In this document: piece by piece, positions 10,037 through 20,108 of the stretch
How positions within the stretch are numbered: position 1 is the first letter of the stretch
Layout: each line of letters opens with the position of its first letter
IMG/VR virus record: IMGVR_UViG_2667527737_000002
Length of the DNA: 64,000 bases
Strand: one strand, 5' to 3'
Source of the DNA: an uncultured virus (IMG/VR IMGVR_UViG_2667527737_000002)
Taxonomy: Duplodnaviria; Heunggongvirae; Uroviricota; Caudoviricetes
The notes under the pieces: generated by a model
Seen by the model: only the letters and a program-made list of their open reading frames with translations
Databases searched by the model: none
What the model was told of the DNA's origin: nothing
Position numbers and translations under genes: made by a program

Positions 10037-10573
10037 ATGCAAATCATGTCCTTTCAACAAAATACCGGATTCAATACCGGCTCCCTGATAAAGCGAAATC
10101 AGCTGAGAGTGTCAGATCAAGACGGTATTCGCTCTGCTGTTCGCGCCTGGGCTGCAACAGAGGGCCAGGATGTTGTTTCTGCGTACATCGTCGATGAGTG
10201 GCGACAGCAGGGCGGCGAGGAGATCGCGTTTCCTGATGACATCAGCCGAGCCCGACAAAAGCTTTTTCGCTACCTGGACAACCCGGCCGAGTCTGAGCGC
10301 TATCGCGAGTACGTTCGCCTTCTTACACCGGCGATCATGGCCGTTCTTCCCCTGGAATACCGCCACCGTCTATTGCCCGGTGACAATTTTATGTCCCGTC
10401 TGGCTCGTCTGGAAAAAGAAACCAGCGAAGCAAAGGTTGCCGTTGTTATGGGGGCACCACGCCATCAGAAGCTGAAAGAACTGAGCGAGGGAATTGTCGA
10501 GATGTTCCGGATAGACCCTGAGTTAACGGCGCCGCTGATGGCCATTGTCACTTCAATGCTAGGAGTGACGTGA
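10037..10573 (+). CDS. YdaT/CII-like regulator
   Basis: AVRAWA, RQKLFRYLD, LTPAIMAVLP motifs. Confidence 0.8.
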   Translation: MQIMSFQQNTGFNTGSLIKRNQLRVSDQDGIRSAVRAWAATEGQDVVSAYIVDEWRQQGGEEIAFPDDISRARQKLFRYLDNPAESERYREYVRLLTPAIMAVLPLEYRHRLLPGDNFMSRLARLEKETSEAKVAVVMGAPRHQKLKELSEGIVEMFRIDPELTAPLMAIVTSMLGVT

Positions 10574-10701
10574 TGCTGGAACTCAGAAAGGTGAAAGCCG
10601 CGGTGCTGCAACACCTACGGCTTTTGTTGCGAATTAACTGGATCAATTCACAGGGGAAATTATGAACACTCACCAACTGAATATCAATAACGGGGGCGCC
10701 C

Positions 10702-11496
10702 GTGGCTAAAAATTCGAAAGACGCTTACGGTGCCAGCGGCAAAAGCAATGTTCTGTTTTTCGAACCGGAAAGTTTACATCTGGTTACCGATACAACACAC
10801 CCGCTTTACGACGAACGAGTACACCTACCGCTTAATGAAGCTGTGATCCTCAATATCATGGAACTTGGGGTACTCGAACCGATTATCGTGTGGAAGGACC
10901 CGGAGACAGGGAAAACCTGCGTGGTGGCAGGTCGGCAGCGCGTAAAGAACGCTAAGGAAGCAAACGCCAGGAGAAAGCGGGCGGGGCTGGAACCCTGGCC
11001 GGTACCCGGTATAGCTAAGCGCGGATCAGCAATTCAAATGGCCAAATACATGGTCAGCGAAAACGAGATAACCCAACCAGATACCCCACTGGGCCGGGCC
11101 AAAAAAATGGTTCAGCAGATGGAATATGGTCATGACGAAAATGACATTGCCCTGCTTTTTGGCTGCAGCGTAAAAACGGTCCAGGCAACCGTGGCTCTAC
11201 TGGATGCTACGCAGGCCGTCCAGGCGGCGGTTGAGGCTGGAAAAGTCACTGTCACTCAAGCGCGTCAACTGGTCGATATGCCACCGGAAAAGCAACGGGA
11301 AACGGTCAAACAGTTAGAGGCAGCGGCAGAGGGTGTAACTGGCCACGAGAAAGCTCGACGTCAGCGCGCTGTCCTCGGCGACACAAAGCCGCGTCTCAAA
11401 TCCCGTAAGGAAATCACCCTGCAACTTCAAACCGCCAGCGGCGAATACGCAGCGGCTTTGCTGTGGGTGCTTGGTGATGAAAACACACCAGTTTAA
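10702..11496 (+). CDS. ParB/Srx-domain protein
   Basis: GVLEPIIV, VVAGRQRVK, SENE. Confidence 0.8.
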   Translation: MAKNSKDAYGASGKSNVLFFEPESLHLVTDTTHPLYDERVHLPLNEAVILNIMELGVLEPIIVWKDPETGKTCVVAGRQRVKNAKEANARRKRAGLEPWPVPGIAKRGSAIQMAKYMVSENEITQPDTPLGRAKKMVQQMEYGHDENDIALLFGCSVKTVQATVALLDATQAVQAAVEAGKVTVTQARQLVDMPPEKQRETVKQLEAAAEGVTGHEKARRQRAVLGDTKPRLKSRKEITLQLQTASGEYAAALLWVLGDENTPV

Positions 11497-11513
11497 GCAA
11501 CAACGGGGTCTCT

Positions 11514-12401
11514 ATGCGTGATTACGGCAAGGTGCATACATCATTTTGGATAAGCGATGGAATGCGCCGGGTATCGGATGATGCCAGGTTGCTGGCGCTG
11601 TACCTGCTCACCGGGCAACACACAAACATGATCGGATGCTTCAGGCTGCCTGATGGATACGTTTCGGAAGACCTTGCCTGGACTCCTGAAAGGGTTTCGA
11701 AAGGGTTTGATGAGCTATCGGCTAACGGTTTCGCAACGCGTGATTCGTCATCGAAATGGGTGCTAATTCGTAACTTTCTGACCTGGAATTCAGTTGAAAA
11801 CCCAAACCAGGGAATTGCAGCACTTCGTTTGTTTGATCAGGTCCCGGACAGATCTACGGTGAAGCCAGAGCTGGCGCGGGTTTTAGCCTCGGCAATATCC
11901 CACATTGGTATCGCAAAACTAAAGGGTTCCGAAAGGGTTCTCGAACCGTTCCTTAACCAGGAACAGGATCAGGAGCAGGAACAGGATCAGGAAGAAGATA
12001 GTTCGGGGCATGGCTCCGCCACACCCCCAGCAGATCAAAACCAGGACGAAAGCGATAAACCTGATTCCCAAAAAATATACCCGAATGATTTCGAGCAGGT
12101 CTGGTCGGTTTATCCCAGGCGGGCAGGGGGTAACAGCAAATCCGATGCCTTCAAAGCCTGGAATGCCCGAATCAGGGATGGAACCACTACGGCGGAAATC
12201 TTCGCTGGAGTGGTGCGTTACGCGGCTTTCGTTAAAGCCGAGGGAATCCTCAACACGCAGTACGTGAAACAGGCGAAAACGTTTTTTGGCCCTGGTATGC
12301 ATTTCAGCGAACCGTGGGCGATTCAGCAGGCGCCAGGCGCACGAGATCCCAATCAGATTTCGGAACCTGACAAAACCATCCCATCGGGATTCAGGGGGTA
12401 G
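11514..12401 (+). CDS. Phage replication initiator (O-like)
   Basis: N-terminal wHTH-like region, QEQDQ linker, FEQVWSVYPRR. Confidence 0.85.
   Translation: MRDYGKVHTSFWISDGMRRVSDDARLLALYLLTGQHTNMIGCFRLPDGYVSEDLAWTPERVSKGFDELSANGFATRDSSSKWVLIRNFLTWNSVENPNQGIAALRLFDQVPDRSTVKPELARVLASAISHIGIAKLKGSERVLEPFLNQEQDQEQEQDQEEDSSGHGSATPPADQNQDESDKPDSQKIYPNDFEQVWSVYPRRAGGNSKSDAFKAWNARIRDGTTTAEIFAGVVRYAAFVKAEGILNTQYVKQAKTFFGPGMHFSEPWAIQQAPGARDPNQISEPDKTIPSGFRG
11688..11940 (+). repeat. Putative origin iterons AAAGGGTT in initiator gene
   Basis: Tandem pairs at 11688-11708 and 11921-11940. Confidence 0.45.
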
Positions 12402-12403
12402 CG

Positions 12404-13153
12404 ATGAAAAACATGATTGGTACCGGGAATGCACTGGAACGACTGAAAAAACTCATTCCCCCTGGTGTTCAGCCAAAATTCGGCAGCGTTGATGAATGGC
12501 GTGCCTGGCAAGCCGAAGAAGGCCGTAAGCGCTGTGAGGAACTGGAAAAACAAAACCAGCGCGCACGTGCAGAGAAAATCTTTGGACGTGCAGGAATTCA
12601 GGATCTGCACCGCGGCTGCACATTCGCGAACTATCAGGTTGAGTCGGATGGCCAGCGTCGGGCGCTCTCGATGGCGAAAAGTTACGCGCAGCAATTCGGC
12701 TTAGGGTTTGCGAGCTTCGTATTCAGCGGAGCGCCAGGCACCGGGAAAAATCATCTGGCGGCGGCAATCGGAAATCACCTGCTGGCTGGTGGTCGCTCTG
12801 TGCTGGTGGTAACCATTCCGGATCTCATGCTGCGTGTTCGGGAATGTTACGACGGCGGGCAGTCAGAGGCGTCATTGCTGGACGATTTGTGCCACGTGGA
12901 CCTGCTCATTCTGGATGAGGTGGGTATTCAGCGCGGAAGCAGCGGTGAAAAAGTCATCCTGAATCAGGTTATCGATCGCCGACTGTCCTCCATGCGGCCT
13001 GTAGGCATCCTAACCAACCTGAATTATGACTCGCTGAAGGAAACACTGGGCATGCGGATCCTTGACCGTCTCCAGATGGACGGTGGTATCTGGGTGAATT
13101 TTGAATGGGACAGCTATCGCCAAAACGTGCGCCATTTGCGCGTCGTTAAGTGA
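12404..13153 (+). CDS. DnaC-like helicase loader
   Basis: GAPGTGKNH Walker A, LLILDEVG Walker B. Confidence 0.92.
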   Translation: MKNMIGTGNALERLKKLIPPGVQPKFGSVDEWRAWQAEEGRKRCEELEKQNQRARAEKIFGRAGIQDLHRGCTFANYQVESDGQRRALSMAKSYAQQFGLGFASFVFSGAPGTGKNHLAAAIGNHLLAGGRSVLVVTIPDLMLRVRECYDGGQSEASLLDDLCHVDLLILDEVGIQRGSSGEKVILNQVIDRRLSSMRPVGILTNLNYDSLKETLGMRILDRLQMDGGIWVNFEWDSYRQNVRHLRVVK

Positions 13154-13160
13154 GGTATGT

Positions 13161-13496
13161 ATGGCTAGAGCATTGTCAGCAATTGAGCGCAGAGAGTACG
13201 TCCGCGCAGTGATTCGGATCACCAGGCATCAGGGGCGACTCACGACCGCCGAGGCAATGAAAAAACTGGGGCTGAGCCGCGCTACTGTCCAGCGGTATTT
13301 TTCCGAAGCAGAAGCGACTGGGGAGGTTGTCCGGCATGGTCGTCTGGGGCTGTTCCGCGATCAGCGGGCTCTCATCGACTTTGACATGAAACGGCTTGGG
13401 ATGGTGCCAAAGGCCGCTACCGGGATGAATTACAGCCTGCTTGGCAGTCCCGTTTTTCAGCGAGTTTTAGATGTTCAGGAGGCTATTTATGACTAA
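13161..13496 (+). CDS. DUF977-like HTH protein
   Basis: HTH-like segment, usual position after dnaC. Confidence 0.6.
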   Translation: MARALSAIERREYVRAVIRITRHQGRLTTAEAMKKLGLSRATVQRYFSEAEATGEVVRHGRLGLFRDQRALIDFDMKRLGMVPKAATGMNYSLLGSPVFQRVLDVQEAIYD

Positions 13497-13926
13497 TAAC
13501 ACCGAACTGACTAGCATACAAAAAAACGCAAATATTCACCGTATGTCCAGACTCATTGCCTACGCATCTAACGACGAATTGCGGCAAATGGCTGTTGAAG
13601 TTGAGCATTACACGGATCAGCTCATAGAGGCGCTGGAGAAGGCGCAGGGGATGGAAGCCTACTGGAAAACTCAATGCCGGGGGATAACAGACCACTGCGA
13701 GGAGTTGCAGGCGCGCATCGCCGAGCTAGAGCGCGAACAGGAGCACCTTCGCCCGGTAGGTGTGATGAGCGAGAAAGCATTTCACCGTCTTGAAAACAGC
13801 GAATGTCGCTTTATTGCGTTGTGGCCGTGCCCTGGTATCTTTTTGCCGCGCAAGCGCCCCGAGGACGGCGTGATCGTTTATGCGCGTACAGCTGCTGCCG
13901 CTGGCATCAAGGTGGAGGCTGAGTGA
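13489..13926 (+). CDS. Ead/Ea22-like coiled-coil protein
   Basis: ARIAELE, AAGIKVE terminus. Confidence 0.55.
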   Translation: MTNNTELTSIQKNANIHRMSRLIAYASNDELRQMAVEVEHYTDQLIEALEKAQGMEAYWKTQCRGITDHCEELQARIAELEREQEHLRPVGVMSEKAFHRLENSECRFIALWPCPGIFLPRKRPEDGVIVYARTAAAAGIKVEAE

Positions 13927-14183
13927 TGGACTCTTCACTGGAATACGCCTGCAAACGCCTGCAGGAACTGGAAAGCCTACTGTTGGCGGATGTGCCTGAA
14001 ACAGTATGGCCAGCGGAAGTCAGCATGGTCTTCGCTCAGATTGAAAAAGCCGGGACACTCCCGGCGCCCCACCAGCGCCGACTGCAGCACCATATCAACC
14101 GTATGTGGCTGGAAAAAATGCCCGTACCGTCAATTATCGCAGCGGCTCGTTCGCTGGTCAGCGCCATGGAGAAATACGTGTGA
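13923..14183 (+). CDS. Hypothetical phage protein
   Basis: Overlapping start/stop coupling on both sides. Confidence 0.6.
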   Translation: MMDSSLEYACKRLQELESLLLADVPETVWPAEVSMVFAQIEKAGTLPAPHQRRLQHHINRMWLEKMPVPSIIAAARSLVSAMEKYV

Positions 14184-16270
14184 GACAATCTGAAATCATC
14201 GTTGATAATTTTGCTGGCGGCGGCGGCGCCTCGACGGGCATCGAGCTGGCGATTGGTCGTAGCGTGGATATCGCGATAAACCATGACCCGAACGCTGTAG
14301 CGATGCATACCACCAATCACCCGGACACGCTGCACTATTGCGAATCGGTTTATGAAGTCAGGCCAAAAGTTGCGACCGCCGGCCGTCCGGTAGCGCTGGT
14401 GTGGTTTTCACCAGACTGCCGTCACTTTTCAAAGGCGAAAGGAGCTAAGCCTGTCGAGAAAGCGATTCGCGGACTGGCTTGGGTGGTTTTGCGCTGGGGG
14501 CTGGATGTTAAACCCCGAGTGATGAAGCTGGAGAACGTTGAAGAATTTAAAACGTGGGGGCCGCTGCTCGCTGGTGAAATGCGTCCAGACCCTGCCCGTG
14601 CTGGCGAAACTTTTGAGGCATTCATTGGCATGCTGACCACAGGCATTTCAGCGGATCATCCGGCGCTGGCCGAATGCTGCGAATTTCTGAATATTTCCCT
14701 TGATAGCGAGGATGCAGCACGGCTGGTAAACGGTTTGGGTTACACCGTTGAGTATCGCGAGCTCCGCGCATGTGATTATGGTGCGCCGACCATCCGTAAG
14801 CGTTTCTTCATGGTGATGCGTTGCGATGGGAAGCCGATTGTATGGCCGGAAGCCACTCATGGAGATCCGAAATCACCGGCGGTGCTAGCTGGCAAATTGG
14901 CACCATGGCGCACAGCTGCAGAATGCATCGACTGGTCCATCCCAGCCCCGTCGATTTTTGGCCGCAAAAAGCCGCTGGCGGAAAACACGCTCCGGCGCAT
15001 TGCCCGGGGAATCCAGCGCTTCGTTATCGACAGTGCCGAGCCGTTCATCGTCAAGTGCAACCACACAACGACGAAAGGGCAGTACGATTTTATTCGCGGG
15101 CAGTCGATGGCTGGGCCGCTGCAGACGATTACGAAAACCCATGGTTTTGCGGTCGCGGTACCACACCTGACCAAGTTTCGCACCGGCGCCACCGGGCAGC
15201 CAGTCACCGAACCGGTACCAACGGTAACCGCAGGCACGTCCAGACGACCAGGAGGGAATGGTCATGCGTTGGGGATTGTTGAGGCGGGCCTTGTCCCATT
15301 CCTCGCTGGTAACGGTGGAAGCGAATACCAGGCTAAACCGCGCCCGCTTGATAAACCTGCACACACCATCCTGAAAGAGTCGCGCGCCTGTGTAGTCGCT
15401 CCAGTTATCGCCAGGCAATTCGGTGCCAGCGTAGGGCACCGTGCCGACGAGCCAAGCGCAATCATCACAGCGGGCGGTGGTGGTAATTCGCAACTGGTTG
15501 TGCCGACGCTCATTCAAATGGGATACGGAGAACGGCCAGGGCAGGCACCACGCGTGCCCGGACTGGATAAGCCTCTGGGAACCGTTGTTGCTGGTGGCGG
15601 GAAACATGCTGTAGTTGGTGCATTTCTGGCAAAGCACTATGGCGGCAACTACACCGGGCCCGGCGTGGTGCTGGATGAGCCTGCTCATTCAGTAACGACT
15701 GTCGATCATCACGCGCTGGTTACTGCTCAGATTGTTGGTGTTGGCGGTCATGCTGGGCAGAGCAGGCCGCGAGACGTTAGCGAGCCACTGCAGACCATGA
15801 CGACAAAGGCTGATGCTGCGACGGTCACGTCCCACTTGATAAAACTCCGCGGCACCTGCCGTGATGGCCAGACAACTGACGAGCCGGTGCCGACTATCAC
15901 TGCCGGCGGGCAGCACGTAGGGGAGGTTAAAACAACTCTGGCGGTCGAGGACTATGACGAAGAGCGTGCGCAGCAGGTGCTGGCGTTCCTGCAGCAATAC
16001 TGCGGGGAGGATAGCACCGGGCTGGTGGATATCGGCGGAGTGACTTACCGCATTGTCGACATCGGCATGCGCATGCTGCAGCCGCATGAGCTCTACCGCG
16101 CGCAGGGCTTCCCTGAGTGGTATATCATCGACCAGGATTACCGAGGTGTGAAGTATGCGAAGGATAAGCAGGTTGCGCGTTGTGGTAATGCCGTTCCGCC
16201 CCCGTTCGCTGAGGCGCTGGTTAGGGCTAATTTACCAGAAATTTGCTCGATTGAAAAAAATGTAGCTTGA
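14180..16270 (+). CDS. DNA cytosine-5 methyltransferase
   Basis: FAGGGG, SPDC, ENV, RKRFF, GNAV motifs. Confidence 0.92.
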   Translation: MRQSEIIVDNFAGGGGASTGIELAIGRSVDIAINHDPNAVAMHTTNHPDTLHYCESVYEVRPKVATAGRPVALVWFSPDCRHFSKAKGAKPVEKAIRGLAWVVLRWGLDVKPRVMKLENVEEFKTWGPLLAGEMRPDPARAGETFEAFIGMLTTGISADHPALAECCEFLNISLDSEDAARLVNGLGYTVEYRELRACDYGAPTIRKRFFMVMRCDGKPIVWPEATHGDPKSPAVLAGKLAPWRTAAECIDWSIPAPSIFGRKKPLAENTLRRIARGIQRFVIDSAEPFIVKCNHTTTKGQYDFIRGQSMAGPLQTITKTHGFAVAVPHLTKFRTGATGQPVTEPVPTVTAGTSRRPGGNGHALGIVEAGLVPFLAGNGGSEYQAKPRPLDKPAHTILKESRACVVAPVIARQFGASVGHRADEPSAIITAGGGGNSQLVVPTLIQMGYGERPGQAPRVPGLDKPLGTVVAGGGKHAVVGAFLAKHYGGNYTGPGVVLDEPAHSVTTVDHHALVTAQIVGVGGHAGQSRPRDVSEPLQTMTTKADAATVTSHLIKLRGTCRDGQTTDEPVPTITAGGQHVGEVKTTLAVEDYDEERAQQVLAFLQQYCGEDSTGLVDIGGVTYRIVDIGMRMLQPHELYRAQGFPEWYIIDQDYRGVKYAKDKQVARCGNAVPPPFAEALVRANLPEICSIEKNVA

Positions 16271-16311
16271 AATAAGATGGCTTTATATTCCATAGCATTT
16301 GGAGAAGAAGT

Positions 16312-17160
16312 ATGAGTTTTACGAGTAAAGAAACCGAAGAGTATGAACATTATGAGTCTTATTACTTTTGTAATATTATCAGAAACGTACTTAACAACCA
16401 GAGTGCTTACATGAGAGGTCTTAACGATTACCATGGGGATGGTCGTTCTATTTTTTTTGAAAAGCCCTTCCCAAAATGGTCTCATTTCCATGATTTTATT
16501 GAGTTCATAGTGGATAGTGTGTACGCAGAAAAATTAACTCATGACAACCTTGATGAACAATTAAATGCATTTAAACAATATTCCACTTCTTTTTCTGAAC
16601 CAGTCGATGCAGCAATAGTTTCCTTTGCGAGTTTGAGACGGTATTTTCTTGCATATTTAAGTGATAATGATAAAAATTTGAAGGAAAGTTGCATCTCTGA
16701 TCTCGAAGATTTCTTATGTTTATTTTATGAAGGGGAATTATATAAGAAATATCTGGAGCAAACAATCAAGGAAATCTTTTATATATTGTTTGGGGATCGC
16801 TCTGTGCTTAGGTTATACAATGAGATGATCGCTGAGTCACGTGGGCTTGATTTCAATCCAGATGATTTCAATGTTAAAACAACCACTAAGAATGGATACC
16901 TCAAAAGATTAACGATTCCTAAATGGGTACAGAAGGCAGTTTACCATCGAGACAAAGGCCGATGTGTTATATGTAAAAAAGACCTTACGGGGTTGGTTAA
17001 TATATATAATAAAACTAATTACGATCATATTGTACCATTGGCGCGGTTTGGAATTAACGATGTGTCCAATATTCAATTACTTTGTGATACATGTAATCAA
17101 CAGAAAAAAGCGAATAACAATAACTCTTCTAAGGATTATTTTCCTTGGTACCCGATTTAA
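16312..17160 (+). CDS. HNH endonuclease domain protein (AT-rich)
   Basis: RDKGRCVIC, DHIVP, NIQLLCDTCN. Confidence 0.88.
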   Translation: MSFTSKETEEYEHYESYYFCNIIRNVLNNQSAYMRGLNDYHGDGRSIFFEKPFPKWSHFHDFIEFIVDSVYAEKLTHDNLDEQLNAFKQYSTSFSEPVDAAIVSFASLRRYFLAYLSDNDKNLKESCISDLEDFLCLFYEGELYKKYLEQTIKEIFYILFGDRSVLRLYNEMIAESRGLDFNPDDFNVKTTTKNGYLKRLTIPKWVQKAVYHRDKGRCVICKKDLTGLVNIYNKTNYDHIVPLARFGINDVSNIQLLCDTCNQQKKANNNNSSKDYFPWYPI

Positions 17161-17357
17161 TGTTTTATTATTAAGGGCAACTGATTTACGGTAATCAATT
17201 GCCCATAATACACCTGCCAGCCTGAACAACTGACACCTGCTATCCGGCGCCAAGTGGGGACACATGGCGCACAAAACTTCAAAGCAACACCTGTCACCGA
17301 TGGCGAAATCCATCGGCGATTTTTTCATTCAGCGTTTGACCTCTGCTAAGGTGAAGC

Positions 17358-17474
17358 GTGAACTTCCCTCAAGAAGGCATAAGGTTGCATAACGGAAATT
17401 TCGCAACTATGTGTAAGAACCTGAAGCTGTTTCTTTCCAATGGCGTTACCTCCCGACTGATTCTCAAATCGTGA
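17358..17474 (+). pseudogene. 5' remnant of ybcN/NinB-like gene
   Basis: VNFPQEGIRLHNGNF...ILKS* resembles YbcN N-terminus as recalled. Confidence 0.55.
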
Positions 17475-17569
17475 CAAGAAATATGCCAGAGAAGTATTAT
17501 CTCCGGGCTATCTTAACGCTGTGCCACCCCATTACCTCCCCAAGTATTCCCAATAATTATTACCACACT

Positions 17570-17770
17570 CAGGAGGCAAAAGAAGTCCATTTGGCTGAAA
17601 AATGTCCTTGAAATGGCATTTACCTATGAGGAAAAATGCTTAAGGGTGTATTATAATCCGAAAACTGACCATTAGGTTGTATTAGATAAGAACGATGATT
17701 ATATTCGGACTGAAATTTGATACAAGACTGGCCATATGATGTTAACAATATTGAAAAGGGAGTTCTGTAA
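17570..17770 (+). pseudogene. Decayed colicin D-type tRNase domain
   Basis: QEAKEVHLAEK / RVYYNPKTDH*VVLDKNDDYI / NIEKGVL* with frameshifts and stops. Confidence 0.6.
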
Positions 17771-18042
17771 TGAGTATGAATTTGATAAAACTTGCAAGGA
17801 AACTAGTGTCCTTACAAATTTCTGCAGATGAATTCGAAACCCATTTTTTCAATATGTGGCGAAATGAAGGGAGAACTGGTCAGCTTACAAAAGACAGTAA
17901 GGATATTGGAGAGTGTGCGGCTGAACTTTTTATTCTTGCTGAGTGTTATACATCGGATTCCGTGAGAAGAGAGAGCGAGTTGGATTCAGATGGTTTGCGC
18001 AAGGAGGTTAAAGCTACTCTTGCGAAGTATCAACTCCTGTAA
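17770..18042 (+). CDS. Colicin D immunity-family protein
   Basis: LARKLV..ISADEF, ELFILAECY, ELDSDGLRKEV..L KY pattern. Confidence 0.8.
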   Translation: MSMNLIKLARKLVSLQISADEFETHFFNMWRNEGRTGQLTKDSKDIGECAAELFILAECYTSDSVRRESELDSDGLRKEVKATLAKYQLL

Positions 18043-18694
18043 CTTTTCCAATAGGCTCTGAGATAAATGATTGATTTTGAGAGTATGGCACATGCTATCG
18101 GAGCCTGAGCAATTCCGGTGACCTGTGCGCTCTGCATGCAGCACTTTAGCTTTCAGGAAGTGACGCGTGAGACAACAAACAACTACCACGACGATTTCTT
18201 AAGTTCCACTTCCACCTTACCTGCGATAAGGGGGCACTTTCGTCCTGGTGCACACTATCAGGAGGAGGCCAGACAGAACATCAGAAGTTCCACCTAATTA
18301 TCCAAACCTGCACCGGTGTTTATTAACACTTGTTCCTTGTCATTAACCATTACTCATCTTTTGTCTGAAGGGCGGTGCAATATGTCATATGGATATTTCC
18401 AAATAATTTGGGTTTTAATGCTGCAAAATCTTCGGTTATTTTAACTAAATATCATATTTTGCTATTTCATCACTGCATTGATCAAATAGGGACTTGTACA
18501 ACACACAAAATATGCCTTTGGCCAACGTGCAAAGCTTTTACCTCCGTCAACCGGTAAAAATAAACAAATGCACCAAAGTTTCGATTTTGATTATCTCCTT
18601 CGAAAATAGGGGCTTGTAGGACGATCTTCATCTGCCATCATATCTTCCGCTACCGTGAAATTTTCACATGTAAGTGATTTAACATTAATTTATA

Positions 18695-18710
18695 CTGTAT
18701 AAAAAAACAG
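18695..18710. promoter_or_regulatory. LexA (SOS) box
   Basis: taCTGTATAAAAAAACAGta. Confidence 0.85.
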
Positions 18711-18737
18711 TATATGATTTGCTTCCGGGAGGTAGGG

Positions 18738-18971
18738 ATGCGCAATGAGAGTAATGAGTACTACGATCTGGTTAAACGTTCTACAGGTGAAGTTGTTGGC
18801 AGCATCAGGGCAGCAGGCCGGGTTCTGGTATACACGGCAAATGGTGTTACTTCTATGCGACCACTGCTTGAGGACGAGGGAGTATTTAATCTCAACGCAA
18901 TGACCAGTTTTCTTCATCGCCTCGGCTACCGGGTTATCCCGCCTTCTGATAATATGAAATCAACGGCCTGA
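18738..18971 (+). CDS. Hypothetical protein, probably SOS-regulated
   Basis: GGAGG RBS just downstream of LexA box. Confidence 0.6.
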   Translation: MRNESNEYYDLVKRSTGEVVGSIRAAGRVLVYTANGVTSMRPLLEDEGVFNLNAMTSFLHRLGYRVIPPSDNMKSTA

Positions 18972-19006
18972 ACAACCGTTGACCTACTGCGCCACGGAGA
19001 GAAACC

Positions 19007-19603
19007 ATGGCGCAATTGCACTTAATAAAGCAGTCACAAGGTTTACTGATCCCTGCCACGCAGGAGACCAGCGATTTCTTGCAATCAAAATGCAAGCTCG
19101 GCGCCGTTCTGGAGGCCGACTTTAAGCTTGTCCGCAATCCGGCGTTTCACCGCCGTTACTTTGCTTTACTCAATCTCGGTTTTGAATATTGGGAACCTAC
19201 GGGCGGGGCGATTTCGTCTAATGAGCGCAGGCTTATCACAGGTTACGCCAAATACCTTGCTGCATATGGCGGGAGTGAATCGGCGTTACTTGATGCCGCC
19301 GGGCAATATCTCGACAGAATAGCCGAGAAGCGATCCGGCTATATCAGTATTTGCAAATCTTTCGATGCTTACCGGGCGTGGGTCATCGTTGAAGCCGGCC
19401 ACTATGACGCCATACAGCTGCCGGACTGCACGCTGAAAAAACACCCTCGCAGCATTTCTTTCGCAAGCATGGACGAATGCGAGTTCCAGGAACTGTACAA
19501 AGCATCGCTGGATGTTCTCTGGCGGTGGATCCTCTCTCGTTCATTCAACAGCCTGCAGGAAGCTGAGAACGCCGCCAACCAGCTTTTAAGCTTCGCGGGG
19601 TGA
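19007..19603 (+). CDS. DUF1367-family protein
   Basis: RNPAFHRRYFALL, PRSISFASMD. Confidence 0.8.
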   Translation: MAQLHLIKQSQGLLIPATQETSDFLQSKCKLGAVLEADFKLVRNPAFHRRYFALLNLGFEYWEPTGGAISSNERRLITGYAKYLAAYGGSESALLDAAGQYLDRIAEKRSGYISICKSFDAYRAWVIVEAGHYDAIQLPDCTLKKHPRSISFASMDECEFQELYKASLDVLWRWILSRSFNSLQEAENAANQLLSFAG

Positions 19604-19809
19604 TGCCGATGAAACACTCATGGTTTCACCATCTCGAATGCACAACGCAGCAGGCCGACGAATTGGTAGCGAGATATCGTCAGCGGGGCGTAAAGGTCGA
19701 ACGAAGCTTAAACCCTGACTTTATGACATGGACCGTCAGCGCGCAGCTGGTGGAGGACAAAAATCCGCCTCGGCCAGACTCTCGCTGGCGCAACAGGATG
19801 TGGGGGTGA
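19600..19809 (+). CDS. Hypothetical nin-region protein
   Basis: Coupled ORF. Confidence 0.6.
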   Translation: MMPMKHSWFHHLECTTQQADELVARYRQRGVKVERSLNPDFMTWTVSAQLVEDKNPPRPDSRWRNRMWG

Positions 19810-19811
19810 GT

Positions 19812-20108
19812 ATGGCGAACCTTCGCAAAGCGGCCCGAGGTCGCGAATGTACAGTGCGGATCCCTGGTTACTGCAACGGCAACCCGGAAACCAGCGTGTT
19901 GGCGCATTACCGTCTAGCGGGTACGTGCGGCACAGGATGCAAGCCTGACGATACTCAGGCGGCGATCGCCTGCAACGGGTGCCATGACGTAATCGACGGC
20001 AGAACCAAAACCACCGATTTCACCTACGACGAATTGCGCCTGATGCACGCAGAGGGGGTAATGCGCACCCTGGAAATCTGGCGGAAAGAGGGACTCATCA
20101 AATCATGA
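19812..20108 (+). CDS. DUF1364/YbcO-family protein
   Basis: LRKAARGRECTVRIPGYC, CNGCHD. Confidence 0.85.
   Translation: MANLRKAARGRECTVRIPGYCNGNPETSVLAHYRLAGTCGTGCKPDDTQAAIACNGCHDVIDGRTKTTDFTYDELRLMHAEGVMRTLEIWRKEGLIKS

Noticed and set aside
14885..15688. Long antisense/shadow ORFs within MTase, head, tail and RT genes
   Set aside because: Explained by codon bias of GC-rich genes; no RBS or motifs.
18190..18360. Possible dinI-like relic on the minus strand
   Set aside because: Similarity too weak to support by eye.
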